Under the pieces are notes generated by a model. The model did no database searches. It had not been told where the DNA came from and was given only the letters and a program-made list of their open reading frames with translations. Shown piece by piece: positions 1 to 13,600 of a stretch of 49,192 nt of DNA (its first letter is position 1; the number at the start of each line of letters is the position of its first letter). Position numbers and translations under genes: made by a program. This stretch comes from Thraustochytrium aureum. Taxonomy: Eukaryota. The stretch lies in contig BLSG01000182.1 in the NCBI GenBank assembly GCA_012862495.1, forward strand, positions 101,047 through 150,238. The letters run 5' to 3'.

Positions 1-1746
1 CCGGCTCGACCTCGTCGGGATGGATTGACTCCTCTCGAGCACCTTCCTACCGAGCGCCTCCTCCCATCTTTCAATCTCTTTCTTGATCTTGATCTCAAGA
101 GAAATCAAGACACGCAGGAGAACGAACAACGACGAACAATGCGTGAACACCAACGAACAAGCGAGCAAAACAGCGAATGAACAAACACCTGTTCTTCCGT
201 CGCCCCTCCTCCGCACTTGCACATTCCAGAACTCCGCCTTGACTCGGAGCCTGAGCGGCGCATTTCGGGACTGTTCGCCCCTCGTGGCCCCACACGCCGC
301 GCGTTCCTCGGCTGTCCGCCCTCCCTGCCGTTCCTCGCAACGCCGTCCTCTGCGCAGAGGCCGCCTCCCTGCCGCTTGCCCGCTCAGCTGCCGCGCAACC
401 GACTTCCTCTCCTCAGGCTGCTGATGCTAACCTGCTCCTGCTCCTGCTCCTCAGCACGTAACGCATGAGGAGGCAACTGACTCNNNNNNNNNNNNNNNNN
501 NNNNNNNNNNNNNNNNNNNNNNNNNNNNNNNNNNNNNNNNNNNNNNNNNNNNNNNNNNNNNNNNNNNNNNNNNNNNNNNNNNNNNNNNNNNNNNNNNNNN
601 NNNNNNNNNNNNNNNNNNNNNNNNNNNNNNNNNNNNNNNNNNNNNNNNNNNNNNNNNNNNNNNNNNNNNNNNNNNNNNNNNNNNNNNNNNNNNNNNNNNN
701 NNNNNNNNNNNNNNNNNNNNNNNNNNNNNNNNNNNNNNNNNNNNNNNNNNNNNNNNNNNNNNNNNNNNNNNNNNNNNNNNNNNNNNNNNNNNNNNNNNNN
801 NNNNNNNNNNNNNNNNNNNNNNNNNNNNNNNNNNNNNNNNNNNNNNNNNNNNNNNNNNNNNNNNNNNNNNNNNNNNNNNNNNNNNNNNNNNNNNNNNNNN
901 NNNNNNNNNNNNNNNNNNNNNNNNNNNNNNNNNNNNNNNNNNNNNNNNNNNNNNNNNNNNNNNNNNNNNNNNNNNNNNNNNNNNNNNNNNNNNNNNNNNN
1001 NNNNNNNNNNNNNNNNNNNNNNNNNNNNNNNNNNNNNNNNNNNNNNNNNNNNNNNNNNNNNNNNNNNNNNNNNNNNNNNNNNNNNNNNNNNNNNNNNNNN
1101 NNNNNNNNNNNNNNNNNNNNNNNNNNNNNNNNNNNNNNNNNNNNNNNNNNNNNNNNNNNNNNNNNNNNNNNNNNNNNNNNNNNNNNNNNNNNNNNNNNNN
1201 NNNNNNNNNNNNNNNNNNNNNNNNNNNNNNNNNNNNNNNNNNNNNNNNNNNNNNNNNNNNNNNNNNNNNNNNNNNNNNNNNNNNNNNNNNNNNNNNNNNN
1301 NNNNNNNNNNNNNNNNNNNNNNNNNNNNNNNNNNNNNNNNNNNNNNNNNNNNNNNNNNNNNNNNNNNNNNNNNNNNNNNNNNNNNNNNNNNNNNNNNNNN
1401 NNNNNNNNNNNNNNNNNNNNNNNNNNNNNNNNNNNNNNNNNNNNNNNNTGCGTGACTCTATGTGATACGCTGGAGCCGCCCTAGCCGAGCGTGTGGAACG
1501 AGGTGGGAAGGCGAGGAGCGACGAGGAGCGAACGGACAAGGGGAGGGAAGCGAGGAGGAGGCGAAGGAGCTGTCAAGAATTACGCAAGGCGGCGCGCGGA
1601 GGGCCGCAAGGTCCACAGGCGACGAGAGTGGCGGGACTCGGTTGCCTCGCGGGCGGGTGCTCGCTGGTCCAGCACGACCGTAGTGCATAGCGGCTCACTA
1701 GGCGACGCGAGGCGACAAGGGCCGCCAGGCGTCCAACAACAACACA

Positions 1747-2305
1747 ATGCTTGCGAGCGATCACACACAGCACGAGCCGGTTGGCGTGGAGGCCCCCGGC
1801 GTGAAGCGTGCGACCCTAATTGAAAGGGGCCCCCTGCGCATCGTTATCACCGATGCGCCCTCAAACCTCAACATGGAGCCGCACCTGCGCGAGCTGATCG
1901 CGCTGAAAGTCAAGCACGTGGCTCGCGCCTGCGAGCCCACGTACGAGACTGCGGCTCTAGAGACGGCGGGAATCCAGGTGCACGACCTCCAGTTTCGGGA
2001 CGGCGCCCCCCCCGTCGGACAACGTTCGCAACCAGTGGCTCGACCTTGTCGAGCGCTGCTTTCTGCAGAGCGAGATTGAGGAGAGCGAGCGCATTTCGGT
2101 GCACTGTGTTGCGGGGCTCGGGCGCGCGCCAGTCCTTGTTGCGATCGCGCTGATTGAGTTTTGCGGTATGGAGCCTGTCGACGCAGTGCAGTACATCCGC
2201 GAGCGACGCCGTGGTGCGATCAACCTCAAGCAGTTCAACTACCTTGAGGAGTACAAGCCGACGCGCAAGCAGCCCGGCGGTTGCGGCGCCTGCTCTATCA
2301 TGTAG
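1747..2305 (+). CDS. PTP4A: PRL (phosphatase of regenerating liver, PTP4A family) prenylated phosphatase; one frameshift in the C8 run at ~2006-2013
   Basis: ORF 1747 (LRIVITDAPSNLN...RACEPTY...LQFRDGAPP) continues, after removal of one C, as SDNVRNQWLDLV...VHCVAGLGRAPVLVAIALIE...IRERRRGAINLKQFNYLEEYKP and ends in the CaaX box CSIM. HCVAGLGR is the diagnostic PRL active-site loop. Confidence 0.95.
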
Positions 2306-2700
2306 GTACGAGATTGGTCTCTCGCGCTCTCTCTAGCTAGAGAGGGCTTGCTCTCGTAGGGCTAGAGAGTGTTAGCCATTCGGGCACGCCAGAGTGCCTG
2401 TAGAGTCGAATCGATCGGCAGAAAGTTTACTCGTTTTACAAGACCCTCGTTGTGCTCTCCAGCAAAAATCGGCTATCCAATCCAGGAAAAAGCAAGCAAG
2501 CCACTCGCCCCCAGTGCAAAGCAACAGAACAGCGCTTCTACTAAAGTCGCTAACAGCGCAAAGCTGCGGAGCATTGAATGAAGCGAGCGCTCGTCTCGCG
2601 CGAGCGGGCAGGTCCAGAGCTCGCCGCCCGCGGCCAGGCCAGCCCAGCCCAGCCCATACCAGCTCAGCCCAGGCCCGCGCGGCAAAGAGCTCGGAAGGTG

Positions 2701-3642
2701 TCAGAGAAAATAGTCGGGCAACTGCTCCCCGCCATCCTCGGTGGGGCGCTTGCGCTCGTTCTGAGGGCACGGACCGTAGACAGCGTACGACTTCTCCATC
2801 ACCTCGCTGAGCTGCAAAACGGCCCCAGCGTTGCCGCACCTGTAACAATAGTTGGGCGCCGACCAGACCGTGACGAGGCCAGCGTTGAACATCTCACGCA
2901 CGCCAGTCATGACAAGCTGGTGGCTACGGCATATCTGCGCCAACCCGTTCTCGTGGTTGAACCGAGACACAATGTCGGCCCCAAAGATGTAGCCCGCGCC
3001 GCGCGGGCTGATGCCCCAGCCCCCTGTGATGTCCTCTGGGTCAGACCAAAGGAGGTCGCACATCGGGCCCTCGTGCGGCACCTCGCACACGCGGTCGAGC
3101 GACTTGATCTGGTCGATCGTGTCGCAGCTTGGCGTGAGGCCCGCGTGCACTGCGAACCTGCTCTCGTTTGAGCCCTTGCCAACGATCGCGGCGAGGGCCA
3201 GGCTGTCGAATGCTGTTGTGCAGAGGTCCCACACTTCCGAGCACCCAAACTTGCGCATGCACTCGTCGTAAAACCCATACACCTGCGTGATCTGCCTCGT
3301 CTCGTGGTTGCCGCGGATCAGGTGGATGCGGCTCGGGTACTTGACCTTGTACGCGAACAGGAGCAGCAGCGTCTCCACGCTAAAGTACCCCCGATCCACG
3401 TAGTCGCCCATGAAGAGGTAGTTTGTCTCGGGCGGCTTGCCGCCCACCTTGAAGAGCTCCATCAGGTCATAGAACTGCCCGTGGATGTCGCCCACGATCG
3501 TCACCGGGGGCTCCACCTCCAGCACGTTCGACTCGCGTCCCAGAATCTCGCGCGCTTTCGAGCACAGCAGCCTAATCTCCGGCATCGTCGGCAGCTCTCG
3601 CCGCAGCAGTTTATCGATCCACCCATCCGGCGTATTCGCCAT
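2701..3642 (-). CDS. PPP4C: PPP-family Ser/Thr phosphatase catalytic subunit, PP4-like (PP2A/PP4/PP6 clade), 313 aa
   Basis: GDIHG, GDYVDRG, RGNHE, DLLWSDP, RSHQL and [11 protein letters not shown] motifs; C-terminal DYFL. ELFKVGG and [20 protein letters not shown] resemble PP4 most. ATG at 3642 (MANTPDG). Confidence 0.9.
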   Translation of the reverse strand: MANTPDGWIDKLLRRELPTMPEIRLLCSKAREILGRESNVLEVEPPVTIVGDIHGQFYDLMELFKVGGKPPETNYLFMGDYVDRGYFSVETLLLLFAYKVKYPSRIHLIRGNHETRQITQVYGFYDECMRKFGCSEVWDLCTTAFDSLALAAIVGKGSNESRFAVHAGLTPSCDTIDQIKSLDRVCEVPHEGPMCDLLWSDPEDITGGWGISPRGAGYIFGADIVSRFNHENGLAQICRSHQLVMTGVREMFNAGLVTVWSAPNYCYRCGNAGAVLQLSEVMEKSYAVYGPCPQNERKRPTEDGGEQLPDYFL

Positions 3643-4470
3643 CTCCGCGGCCGCGCGAGGGAGCCGCTTCGTGCGCCAGCTGCGGTCGCCTGCCTGCCAG
3701 ATCTCCCGCGCGCCTGCCTGGTCTCCCGCCTGCACCAGCCAGCCAGCAAGCCAGCGAGCCAGACGCACGCCGGCCCCAGACCGCCCTCCCNNNNNNNNNN
3801 NNNNNNNNNNNNNNNNNNNNNNNNNNNNNNNNNNNNNNNNNNNNNNNNNNNNNNNNNNNNNNNNNNNNNNNNNNNNNNNNNNNNNNNNNNNNNNNNNNNN
3901 NNNNNNNNNNNNNNNNNNNNNNNNNNNNNNNNNNNNNNNNNNNNNNNNNNNNNNNNNNNNNNNNNNNNNNNNNNNNNNNNNNNNNNNNNNNNNNNNNNNN
4001 NNNNNNNNNNNNNNNNNNNNNNNNNNNNNNNNNNNNNNNNNNNNNNNNNNNNNNNNNNNNNNNNNNNNNNNNNNNNNNNNNNNNNNNNNNNNNNNNNNNN
4101 NNNNNNNNNNNNNNNNNNNNNNNNNNNNNNNNNNNNNNNNNNNNNNNNNNNNNNNNNNNNNNNNNNNNNNNNNNNNNNNNNNNNNNNNNNNNNNNNNNNN
4201 NNNNNNNNNNNNNNNNNNNNNNNNNNNNNNNNNNNNNNNNNNNNNNNNNNNNNNNNNNNNNNNNNNNNNNNNNNNNNNNNNNNNNNNNNNNNNNNNNNNN
4301 NNNNNNNNNNNNNNNNNNNNNNNNNNNNNNNNNNNNNNNNNNNNNNNNNNNNNNNNNNNNNNNNNNNNNNNNNNNNNNNNNNNNNNNNNNNNNNNNNNNN
4401 NNNNNNNNNNNNNNNNNNNNNNNNNNNNNNNNNNNNNNNNNNNNNNNNNNNNNNNNNNNNNNNNNNNNNN

Positions 4471-4523
4471 GCAGCACGCAGCAGCACGCAGCAGCGCGCA
4501 GCAGCACGCAGCAGCGCGCAGCA
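4471..4523 (+). repeat. 10-bp tandem repeat (GCAGCACGCA)n at a gap edge
   Basis: About five copies of gcagca/gcgca are visible right after the gap, upstream of the dynein ATG. Confidence 0.8.
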
Positions 4524-4649
4524 GTGGAAACGGTCTGTGCTCTGGCTTGTGCGGCGACCGTCGCTGCAGCGGCCTGAGGCACTTGCAGCAGCAGCTGGAG
4601 GGAGCTCCAGCGTACTCGGATTGCTTGGGCTCGGAAGGGACGGCTCGGG

Positions 4650-7600
4650 ATGGAGGACGACGGCCGGGAGGAGGCCGTGGAGGTGGAAGCCAAGAATGAG
4701 TCGAGCAGCAGCGGCGGCGGCGGCGGCGGCGGCGGGTCCGCGTCAATATCGATGAGCGCAGCACATGCTGACAAAAGGTTTGCGTGGATGGAAGGCAGGA
4801 TCCACTCCGGGATGAAGCACGTCAAGCTGGACAAACTGAGGAAAAGCCTGCGGAGCGAGGAGAACACGCGCGTCATGAAAGAGTTTTTCACCTCGCCCGA
4901 GTGCAGGTGCCTATTAGTGCTCGGAGACGGCAACTCCGTGCACACGCTCATGCCGAAACAGCTCCCGCGCGGCAAGGCACTCTTCTTCCTCAAGGCAGCA
5001 AGCGTCGAGCTCAGCGAGGACTCCTCGCTGGTCAACGAGCTCGTTTGCGGCGAGCTGTCCCCCGAGCCGCTCGCCCACCTCGAGAAGGTGATCCAGCACG
5101 TCTACATGCCGCTCCTTAGCAGCTCGCCGACCGGCCAAGACGGGTGGGGCGACGTGGCAAGCAAAGAGATTATGGACAAGCTGCACAGCTTCTTGGCGAG
5201 CGTGTCCATCACGCTCGGCCAGACCCAAGGCGAGACCTGCCTTCCGCTCCCCCTCACCGACACCTCCGGCTCGGTCTCGGCGAGCAAGGACAAAATCCAC
5301 CTGCTCGAAGGCGCGGTGATCACCTGGACCAAACAAATCAAAAACGTCCTCAAGCTCGACCCGGAAAACCTCCTGAAAAGCGGGGAAAATCCCACACCCG
5401 AGCAGGAGATTGCCTTCTGGCAAAACAAGGCCGCCAACCTCAACTCGATCTTCAACCAACTGCAGAGCGACCGCGTCCGGCGCGTGCTGCGCATCCTCGA
5501 CACGAGCAAGAGCACATACTGCAACCCGTTTGCCAAGCTCTGCAAGGAGGTCTTCACCGCACGGCTCGAGGCAAACGACAACGTGCGCTACCTGAGCGCC
5601 CTCGAGCCCTGGTTCGCAGAGCTCAACGACCCGCAGGCCGACTTTCCCAGCCTGGTGCGCCTCTTCAAGCCCATCATGCACACCATTCTGCTCATCTGGA
5701 AGAACAGCGAGTACTACAACTCGCCCGCGCGGCTCGTCGTCATGATGCGCGAGATCTGCAACGCGCTCATCTACCAGTCGTGCCGCTACGTGAGCGGCGA
5801 GCAGGTCTTCGAGCTCATCGAGTCGGACGAGGCCGGCCGCGCCGTGGAGCAGCTCAAGACCACCCTCAAGGTCTGCGGCACCTTCAAGTCGACCTATTTT
5901 GACTACAAGGCCACCGCAAACACCGAGTGCCCAAGCAACCCGTGGNNNNNNNNNNNNNNNNNNNNNNNNNNNNNNNNNNNNNNNNNNNNNNNNNNNNNNN
6001 NNNNNNNNNNNNNNNNNNNNNNNNNNNNNNNNNNNNNNNNNNNNNNNNNNNNNNNNNNNNNNNNNNNNNNNNNNNNNNNNNNNNNNNNNNNNNNNNNNNN
6101 NNNNNNNNNNNNNNNNNNNNNNNNNNNNNNNNNNNNNNNNNNNNNNNNNNNNNNNNNNNNNNNNNNNNNNNNNNNNNNNNNNNNNNNNNNNNNNNNNNNN
6201 NNNNNNNNNNNNNNNNNNNNNNNNNNNNNNNNNNNNNNNNNNNNNNNNNNNNNNNNNNNNNNNNNNNNNNNNNNNNNNNNNNNNNNNNNNNNNNNNNNNN
6301 NNNNNNNNNNNNNNNNNNNNNNNNNNNNNNNNNNNNNNNNNNNNNNNNNNNNNNNNNNNNNNNNNNNNNNNNNNNNNNNNNNNNNNNNNNNNNNNNNNNN
6401 NNNNNNNNNNNNNNNNNNNNNNNNNNNNNNNNNNNNNNNNNNNNNNNNNNNAGCACCAGAAGCAGGTCCTCGAGTACGGGGCTTCTCGTACCAGCTGCTG
6501 GAGGTCAATTTCGACCCGCAGCTGATCGCGCTGCTGCGCGAGGTTAAGTACTTCCTCCTCCTCGGCCTCGAAGTGCCCGGCTTTGCGCTCGAGCTCAACA
6601 AGAAGGAGAAAATGTTCCGCAACTGGCGTGGCAAGCTCCAGCTCTGCGTCAACAAGTACAACACCATGATGACGTCCATCCTGCCCGTCGAGTGCCCTTT
6701 GGTCCGCACCCAAGTCGAGAAGATCCACAGCGTGGTCCAGACTGGGCTCGGCATGCTCACCTGGAAGTCGCACGGGATCGACAATTTCATTGAGAAGACC
6801 GAGATGGCCGTCGCGGATGCCGAGACCATGCTCAACGTGCTGAAAAACAACCTCGCCGAGATCGAGGAGATCCTCGACGGCTGGTCCGAGTCCTCCCTGC
6901 TTGACCGGCAGAGCAAGCCCGAGACAGTCAAGGAGTACAACCAGCTGCACGCGACGCGCATGGGTGTGCGGAGCCAGCAGATCGTCGAGGGCGGCAAGTT
7001 GATTCACAAGCTCCTCAAGGAGTCCAACAAGACGCTGCGCATTAGCGCTGGCCACCCCGAGTGGCGCGCCTACGCCGACTTTGTCAACAACGTGGTCGTC
7101 TCAGGCTTGACCAACGTCGTGCAAGTCAGCTTGCTGTGGCTCAACCAGCAGGTCGACCCGGTCATCATCGAGGAGAAGGAGAAGCCGCCCATGCTGCAGG
7201 TCTCCATCAACCTCAACAACAACCAGGTGGCCTTCATCCCCAGCGTGTTTGACGAGGACCGCAAGGGCGTCAAGGCCTCGCTCAGGACCTGGATCGAGGA
7301 CACGCTCAAGGTTGGCGCCCTCATGAAGCGCCTCGACCTCGGCGACGGCACCTACGTGCGCGAGCTGCAGCAGGACATCCTCGTGCAAAGCCACATGGCT
7401 GCCATCTTTGAAAACGTCGCCGCCAACGAAGTCAAGTGCCGCGACTTCCAAAAGCAGTACGAAAAGTACTCGTTTCTCTGGTCCACCGACCTGCAGAGCC
7501 TCTTTGCCGAGTTCATCGCGGGCGCAACCTCCACCTCAGACTCCGGCCTGCGTCGCATCGACCTGGGCCGCTTCGACGAAGAGATGAACCGCCTCAACCA

Positions 7601-10600
7601 GATCAAAGAGGAGGTGGCCTCGCTCAAGACGCCGACAAACATCGGCTGGCTCAAGATCGACTCGACCCCGATCAAGGAGAACATTGTGTACTGGGTGCAA
7701 AAGTGGCTCCACCTCTACACCGGCTACCTGCGCGACGACGTGATCACCAAGCTGCAAAACCTGCGCATCTTCATCATCGAGACGCGCGCCGGCCTCGAGC
7801 GCGAGGTCCAGCCGGGCGACACGGAGACGCTCATGTCCGTCATGGGCAACATCCGCGACGTGCGGTGCCGCATGGAGGACACCATCGAGATGCTCAACCC
7901 CCTCAAGGAAACGGTCAACCTGCTCAAGCTCCACCGCGTCGACATCGAGGACGAGGTGCTCTTCGGTCCGCCGCTTGGCGGCTCCTCTGCCGCTGCCGAC
8001 GCCGCTTCGTCGAGGGCAGGCCGCGCCGGCAGCCAAGTCGACGTGCTCGGCGCCGCGGATGCAGCCTCAACGCCGCGCAAGCTGAACGAGGCGGACAAAG
8101 AGCCCCTCCTCGAGTTTCTTGACGCGGCGGGGCTCAAGTGGGACTCGCTCGTAAATTTCACGTTTCGCGTCAAGGAGCAGATCATGCCCATGCAAAACCA
8201 AGAGGTCGAGTACATCAACTCGAGCCTGCACAAGTTCAAGGCCTCTGTGGAGGAGTTCAGGTCGCTCTTCAAGGATGAGAAGAAGGGCGCCCCGTTCTCG
8301 TTTCGCGGCTCCACAGATGAAGCCTATTCGAACATTGCCAAGTTCCAGACCCTTTACGAGGAGAAAAAGGAGCGCGCCAAAGAGCTGAACGCGCTCGAAG
8401 AGCTCTTCGAGCTGCAGATCTCAAAGTACCGCATCCTGGCCCAAACAGAGATGGAGCTTCGCATCTTGAAAAACCTCTGGGACTTCAAGGCCATGCAGCT
8501 CGCCACGTACGAGTCCTGGAACGCAATCCAGTGGAAGGCGATCAACACCGACGAGCTCGAGCGGGTCAACACGCAGCTCTCCAGGGAGCTCAAGGCTCTC
8601 GGCGCCAAGGACGCAGTCTGCCGCGGATGGCGCGTGTATCAAGACATCGAGCAGTCCTGCAAGGACATGGCCATCGTCCTTCCGCTCATCTCCGAGCTGC
8701 ATTCGCCAGCGATGCGCGCGCGCCACTGGAAGGCGATTGCGGCGGCGTGCAAGGTCAACTCGATTGCCTGGAACGCAGAGAGCTTCAACTTTGCATCTGT
8801 GCTCCAGCTGGAACTGCAAAAGCACGCCATCGACGTGTCCGAGCAGGTCGAAACGGCCGTCAAGGAGCTCAAGATCGAGAAGAAGCTCGAGGTCATTGAG
8901 TCGCGCTGGGAAACGTTGCGCCTCGACTTTGTCGACGCGCAGGGCACGCCCGCGCCTGGTCAGGACATGCAGGACGAAAACGCAGAGGCGCTTCGGGCAA
9001 CGGCAGTAGAGTCTGGCGTGGTCTTCTTGCCCCGCCGTCCGACGAAGTCGTCGAAAACCTCGAGACGGACCAGATGGAGCTGCAGAGCATGATCGGCATG
9101 GGCAAGTTCGTCAAGTACTTCAAGGAGCGGGTGAGCAAGTGGTTGCACACCCTAAGCGACATCGAGGCCAACCTGAAGGACTGGCTCAACGTGAGCAAGC
9201 AGTGGTGCTCGCTTGAGTCCATCTATCTTGGCAGCGCGGACATCCGCAACCGTCTCCCGGAGGACACCAAGCGCTTCGAGGCAATCGACCAAGAGTTCAA
9301 AGAGGTCGAGGCGCGCGCCTACAGCGACAGCCCCCTCGTCGTGCATCGCTGCACCGAGGAGGGCCTCGCTGCGGTCCTCAAGCGCATGCTCGTCGACCTC
9401 GCAAAGTGCCAAAAGTCGCTCAACGAGTACCTCGACACCAAGAAGAAGGTGTACCCGCGATTCTACTTTGTCAGCAATGTGGCGCTTCTCGACATCCTCT
9501 CCAACGGCAACTCGCCGAAGCGCGTGATCCCCTACCTGCCAGACTGCTACGATGCCCTCAGCGACCTCGTCTTCAAGGACGCCGACGCGGAAAACCCGCA
9601 CATTGGAACCGCGATGATCGCCTCCGACGGGGAAACGATCCCGTTCCCGCACGCCTTCGAGATGAGCGGCCCGGTCGAGAACTGGCTCAACCGTCTCACC
9701 GACATTCAAGTCCTTACCCTCAAGACGGTGCTGCGCTCGGCCATTGACACCGCCGTCACCTGGGAGCACGAAAAGCCGCGCCACGAATGGCTCTTCGACT
9801 ACCCGGCCCAGGTCGTGTTGCAAGCCACCCAGGTGTTTTGGACCGAGGAGACAGAGTCGGCGCTCGAGGATTTGGAAGGCGGGAACGAGGAGGCCCTCAA
9901 GCTGTACCTGGAAAAGTGCAACGATCGCCTCAACAAGCTCATTCAGCTCGTTGAGCGCAAGCTCTCCAACTCGGACAGGTGCAAGGTCATTACGCTCATT
10001 ACCATGGACGTCCATTCGCGCGACGTCGTGCAGCGCCTGATCGACGAAAAGGCGGACGGTCCGTCTTCGTTCCTCTGGCAGCAGCAACTGCGCAACTACT
10101 GGAAGACGGCCAACCCAAACATGGAGACCGACATCCGCATCTGCGACTTCAAGACCAAGTACTCGTACGAGTACGTCGGAAACTGCGGCCGCCTCGTCAT
10201 CACGCCTCTCACCGACCGCTGCTACATCACCCTCACGACCGCGATGCGCCTCATGTTGGGTGGCGCACCCGCCGGCCCTGCAGGGACTGGCAAGACCGAG
10301 ACCACCAAAGACCTCGCGCGCGCACTGGCGCTGCAGTGCTACGTCTTTAATTGCAGCGACCAGATGAACTACCAAACGCTGGGCGATATCTTCAAGGGCC
10401 TGAGCCAGACCGGGGCGTGGGGCTGCTTTGACGAATTCAACCGCATCCCCATCGAGGTCCTCAGCGTGGTGGCCACCCAGGTCAAGACTGTCCTCGACGC
10501 CGTGGTTCACTTTGCGGAGCCCGCCAACCGCCCGGAGGAGCTCCGTGCTGCTGCGGGCGACCTCGGCGACACCCCAGGAACGCCTCCCTGCAAGGTGGGC

Positions 10601-13600
10601 TACTTTGACTTTTTCGGCGACGAGCTCTGCCTCGTGCCCACGACTGGGTTCTTCATCACCATGAACCCGGGCTACGCCGGCCGGACCGAGCTCCCCGAAA
10701 ACCTCAAAGCCCTCTTCCGCTCGTGCGCCATGATCCGTCCGGACCTGGCTCTGATTTGCGAAAACATGCTCATGTCCGAAGGCTTTCAGAAGGCGCGCTC
10801 CCTGTCGATCAAGTTTGTTACGCTTTACCAGCTCAGCTCTGAGCTCCTATCGCCGCAGGCCCACTACGACTGGGGTCTGCGCGCCGTCAAGTCTGTGCTC
10901 CGGGTGGCGGGCATGCTCAAGCGCACCAACCCGGAGATGGAGGAGGAGCCCGTCCTCATGCGCGCGCTTCGCGACTTTAACACGCCCAAAATCCCAGCCC
11001 AGGACATGGACATCTTTTTGCGCCTCATCGCGGACCTGTTCCCAAAGTACGCCGAGACGACGCCGAAGGTGATCAACGAAGACCTCAAGCGCGTCGCCAA
11101 GGCCGTGTGCGCACAGGAGCGCCCCCCGCTCCAGTCGGACCCCGGGTTCGTCTCCAAGGTTATCCAGTTCCAGGAGCTGCTTGACGTGCGCCACTCCGTG
11201 ATGCTCATCGGCTGCGCTGGCGCCGGCAAAACGACCGTGTGGCGCACTCTGCAGGGCTGCCACAACTACATGGGCCGCCTGCGCACCGGCTCGGACAAGA
11301 AGGTTGCGATTGCCGAGACGATCAACCCCAAGGCGGTAACCTCGGACGAGCTCTACGGGTTCATGAGCCTCAGCAAGGACTGGAAGGACGGCGTGCTGTC
11401 CATCATCATGCGCGGCATGAGCAAAAACTACCGCGACCTCGGCTACCACGCGTACCAAACGAGCAAGTGGGTGGTCTTGGACGGCGATATCGACGCGGTC
11501 TGGATCGAGTCGATGAACACCGTCATGGACGACAACAAGGTGCTCACTCTGGTCAGCAACGAGCGCATCCCGCTCAGCGACCCGATGCGCATGGTTTTCG
11601 AGATCAACTCGCTCAAGAATGCCACGCCGGCCACTGTGTCTCGGGCAGGCATTCTCTACATCAACGAGCACGACATCGGCTGGCGCCCGCACGTCGAGTC
11701 CTGGGTTGCTGGTCTCCCAGACGAGACCGCGCGCGAACTCATCCCGCGCTATTTCGACAAGTACATCGAAACCATCGTCGAATTCATGCGCCGCGACAAG
11801 CTCGAGTCGATCGTGCCCGTGTACACAATCAGCTGCATCCAAACCGTGTGCAGCCTGCTTCGAGCTCAGCTTGCGATTTGGGAACGCATCAAGACCGGCG
11901 GTGGCGAGGCAGGGCCAGGCGGCGTCGCTGGCGCCACGTCGCAGGCCCCAGCCACTACGAGCCAGCTTCAAACCCTCCTCGAGCAGCTCTTTGCGTTCTC
12001 GTGCGTTTGGGCTTTTGGGTCGGGCCTCGTCGACGACAAGGGCTGCATGGCCCGCAAGCTCTTCAGCTCGGCCTTCTGCCAAGCGTTTCCTGGGGTCATT
12101 CCCGTTGAGGAGGGGAACACGGTGTTCGACTACTTTGTCGACGTGTCCGGGGCCCAGCGCGAGCAGCCTGAAGAAGCGTGGCGGCACTGGCGCGAGCGCG
12201 TGGAGGAGTTTGTGCCCACGCTGATCGGCGGCCAAAACGGGCAGACGCCGTTCTCGGCCCTGTACGTCGACACGGTCGACAATGTCCGCATCTCTCACCT
12301 TTTGGATTCGCTCGTCGCGCAAGAGAAGCCCGTTATGCTAGTCGGCGGCGCGGGCACGGGCAAGACGATGATGGCCCAGAACTGGATGCGCGAAGTGGTG
12401 CAAAACAACGAGAGCATGCTGAGCACGCACATCGCCATGAACTACTTTACCGACTCGGCTGCGTTCCAGAAGCAGATCGAGGGAGCCATAGACAAGCGCT
12501 CGGGCCACCGCTTTGGGCCTGCAGGCAACAAGCGGCTCGTGTACTTTGTGGACGACCTCAACCTGCCCTACGTGGAAAACTACGGGACGCAGAACGCGCT
12601 CTCGCTCCTGCGCCAGATCATGGGCTACGGGACCTTTTTCGACCGCAACGACCTCGGATTCCGCAAGGAGATCGTCGACGTTCGCTTCGTCGCGGCGATG
12701 AACCCGTACGCCGGCAGCTTCAACATCTGCGAGCGGATCCAGCGCTACTTTACTGCCATTGCTTGCGCGATGCCCAGCGACGAAGACCTCAGCAGCATCT
12801 TCGTCTCGATCCTCGATGGCCACCTGCAAAGCTTTCCCGCTCCAGTTGAGGCCCTGCTCCACCCGCTTGTCCAAGGCACCATCGCGCTGCACAACCGCGT
12901 TGCGGAAAAGTTTTTGCCCTCCGCGGTGAAGTTTGTGTACAACTGGAACATGCGCGAGTACGCCAACGTATTCCAGGGCATATGCCGCTCGGACCCCAGC
13001 TCGACCAAGACGCCACTCGACATGTGCCGACTCTGGGTGCACGAGTGCCGCCGCGTGTTCGGGGACCGCCTCATCGACGCGACGGACATTTCCAGGTTCC
13101 AAGACATCCTCTTTGACGTGTCCAAGACGTTCGCCCTCGAGGATATCGACAAGCTGCACGAAGAGCCGATCGTTTTCACGTCCTTTCACGACTCGGACGG
13201 CGCGGACGGGCACTACACGGGCGTGACAAACTTTGGGCACCTGACGCGCTTGCTCGACACCAAGCTCGAGGAGTACAACGAAACGTACGCGGTGATGAAC
13301 CTCGTGCTTTTCAAGGACGCGGTCAAGCACGTTTCGCGCATCGCGCGGATCATCCAGAACAACGGGGGCAGCGCGCTCCTGATCGGGGTGGGCGGGTCTG
13401 GCAAGCAGAGTCTTTCGCGCCTCGCTGCGTTCATCAACGGCTTTCAGATCAAGCAGCTCAAGGTCACCAGCGACTTTACCACGCAAAACTTGCTGGAGCA
13501 GCTCCAGGAGCTCTTCAAGACGACCGGGATCAAGGGCATTCCTACGGCCTGGATTATCAATGACGCGCAGATCATCAACGAGGAGTTCCTCGTGTACATC

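Noticed and set aside
451..1539. Long ORFs spanning N runs (also near 3.3-5.0, 5.9-7.0 and 43.1-44.0 kb)
   Set aside because: They are artefacts of translating through assembly gaps.
2329..2344. 16-bp palindrome CTCTCTAGCTAGAGAG after the PRL stop
   Set aside because: It is low-complexity CT/AG sequence, occurs once and has no supporting context.
9020..9075. Programmed ribosomal frameshifting or tiny introns at the dynein ORF breaks
   Set aside because: I saw no slippery heptamer or convincing GT-AG intron; a one-base indel restores the conserved sequence.
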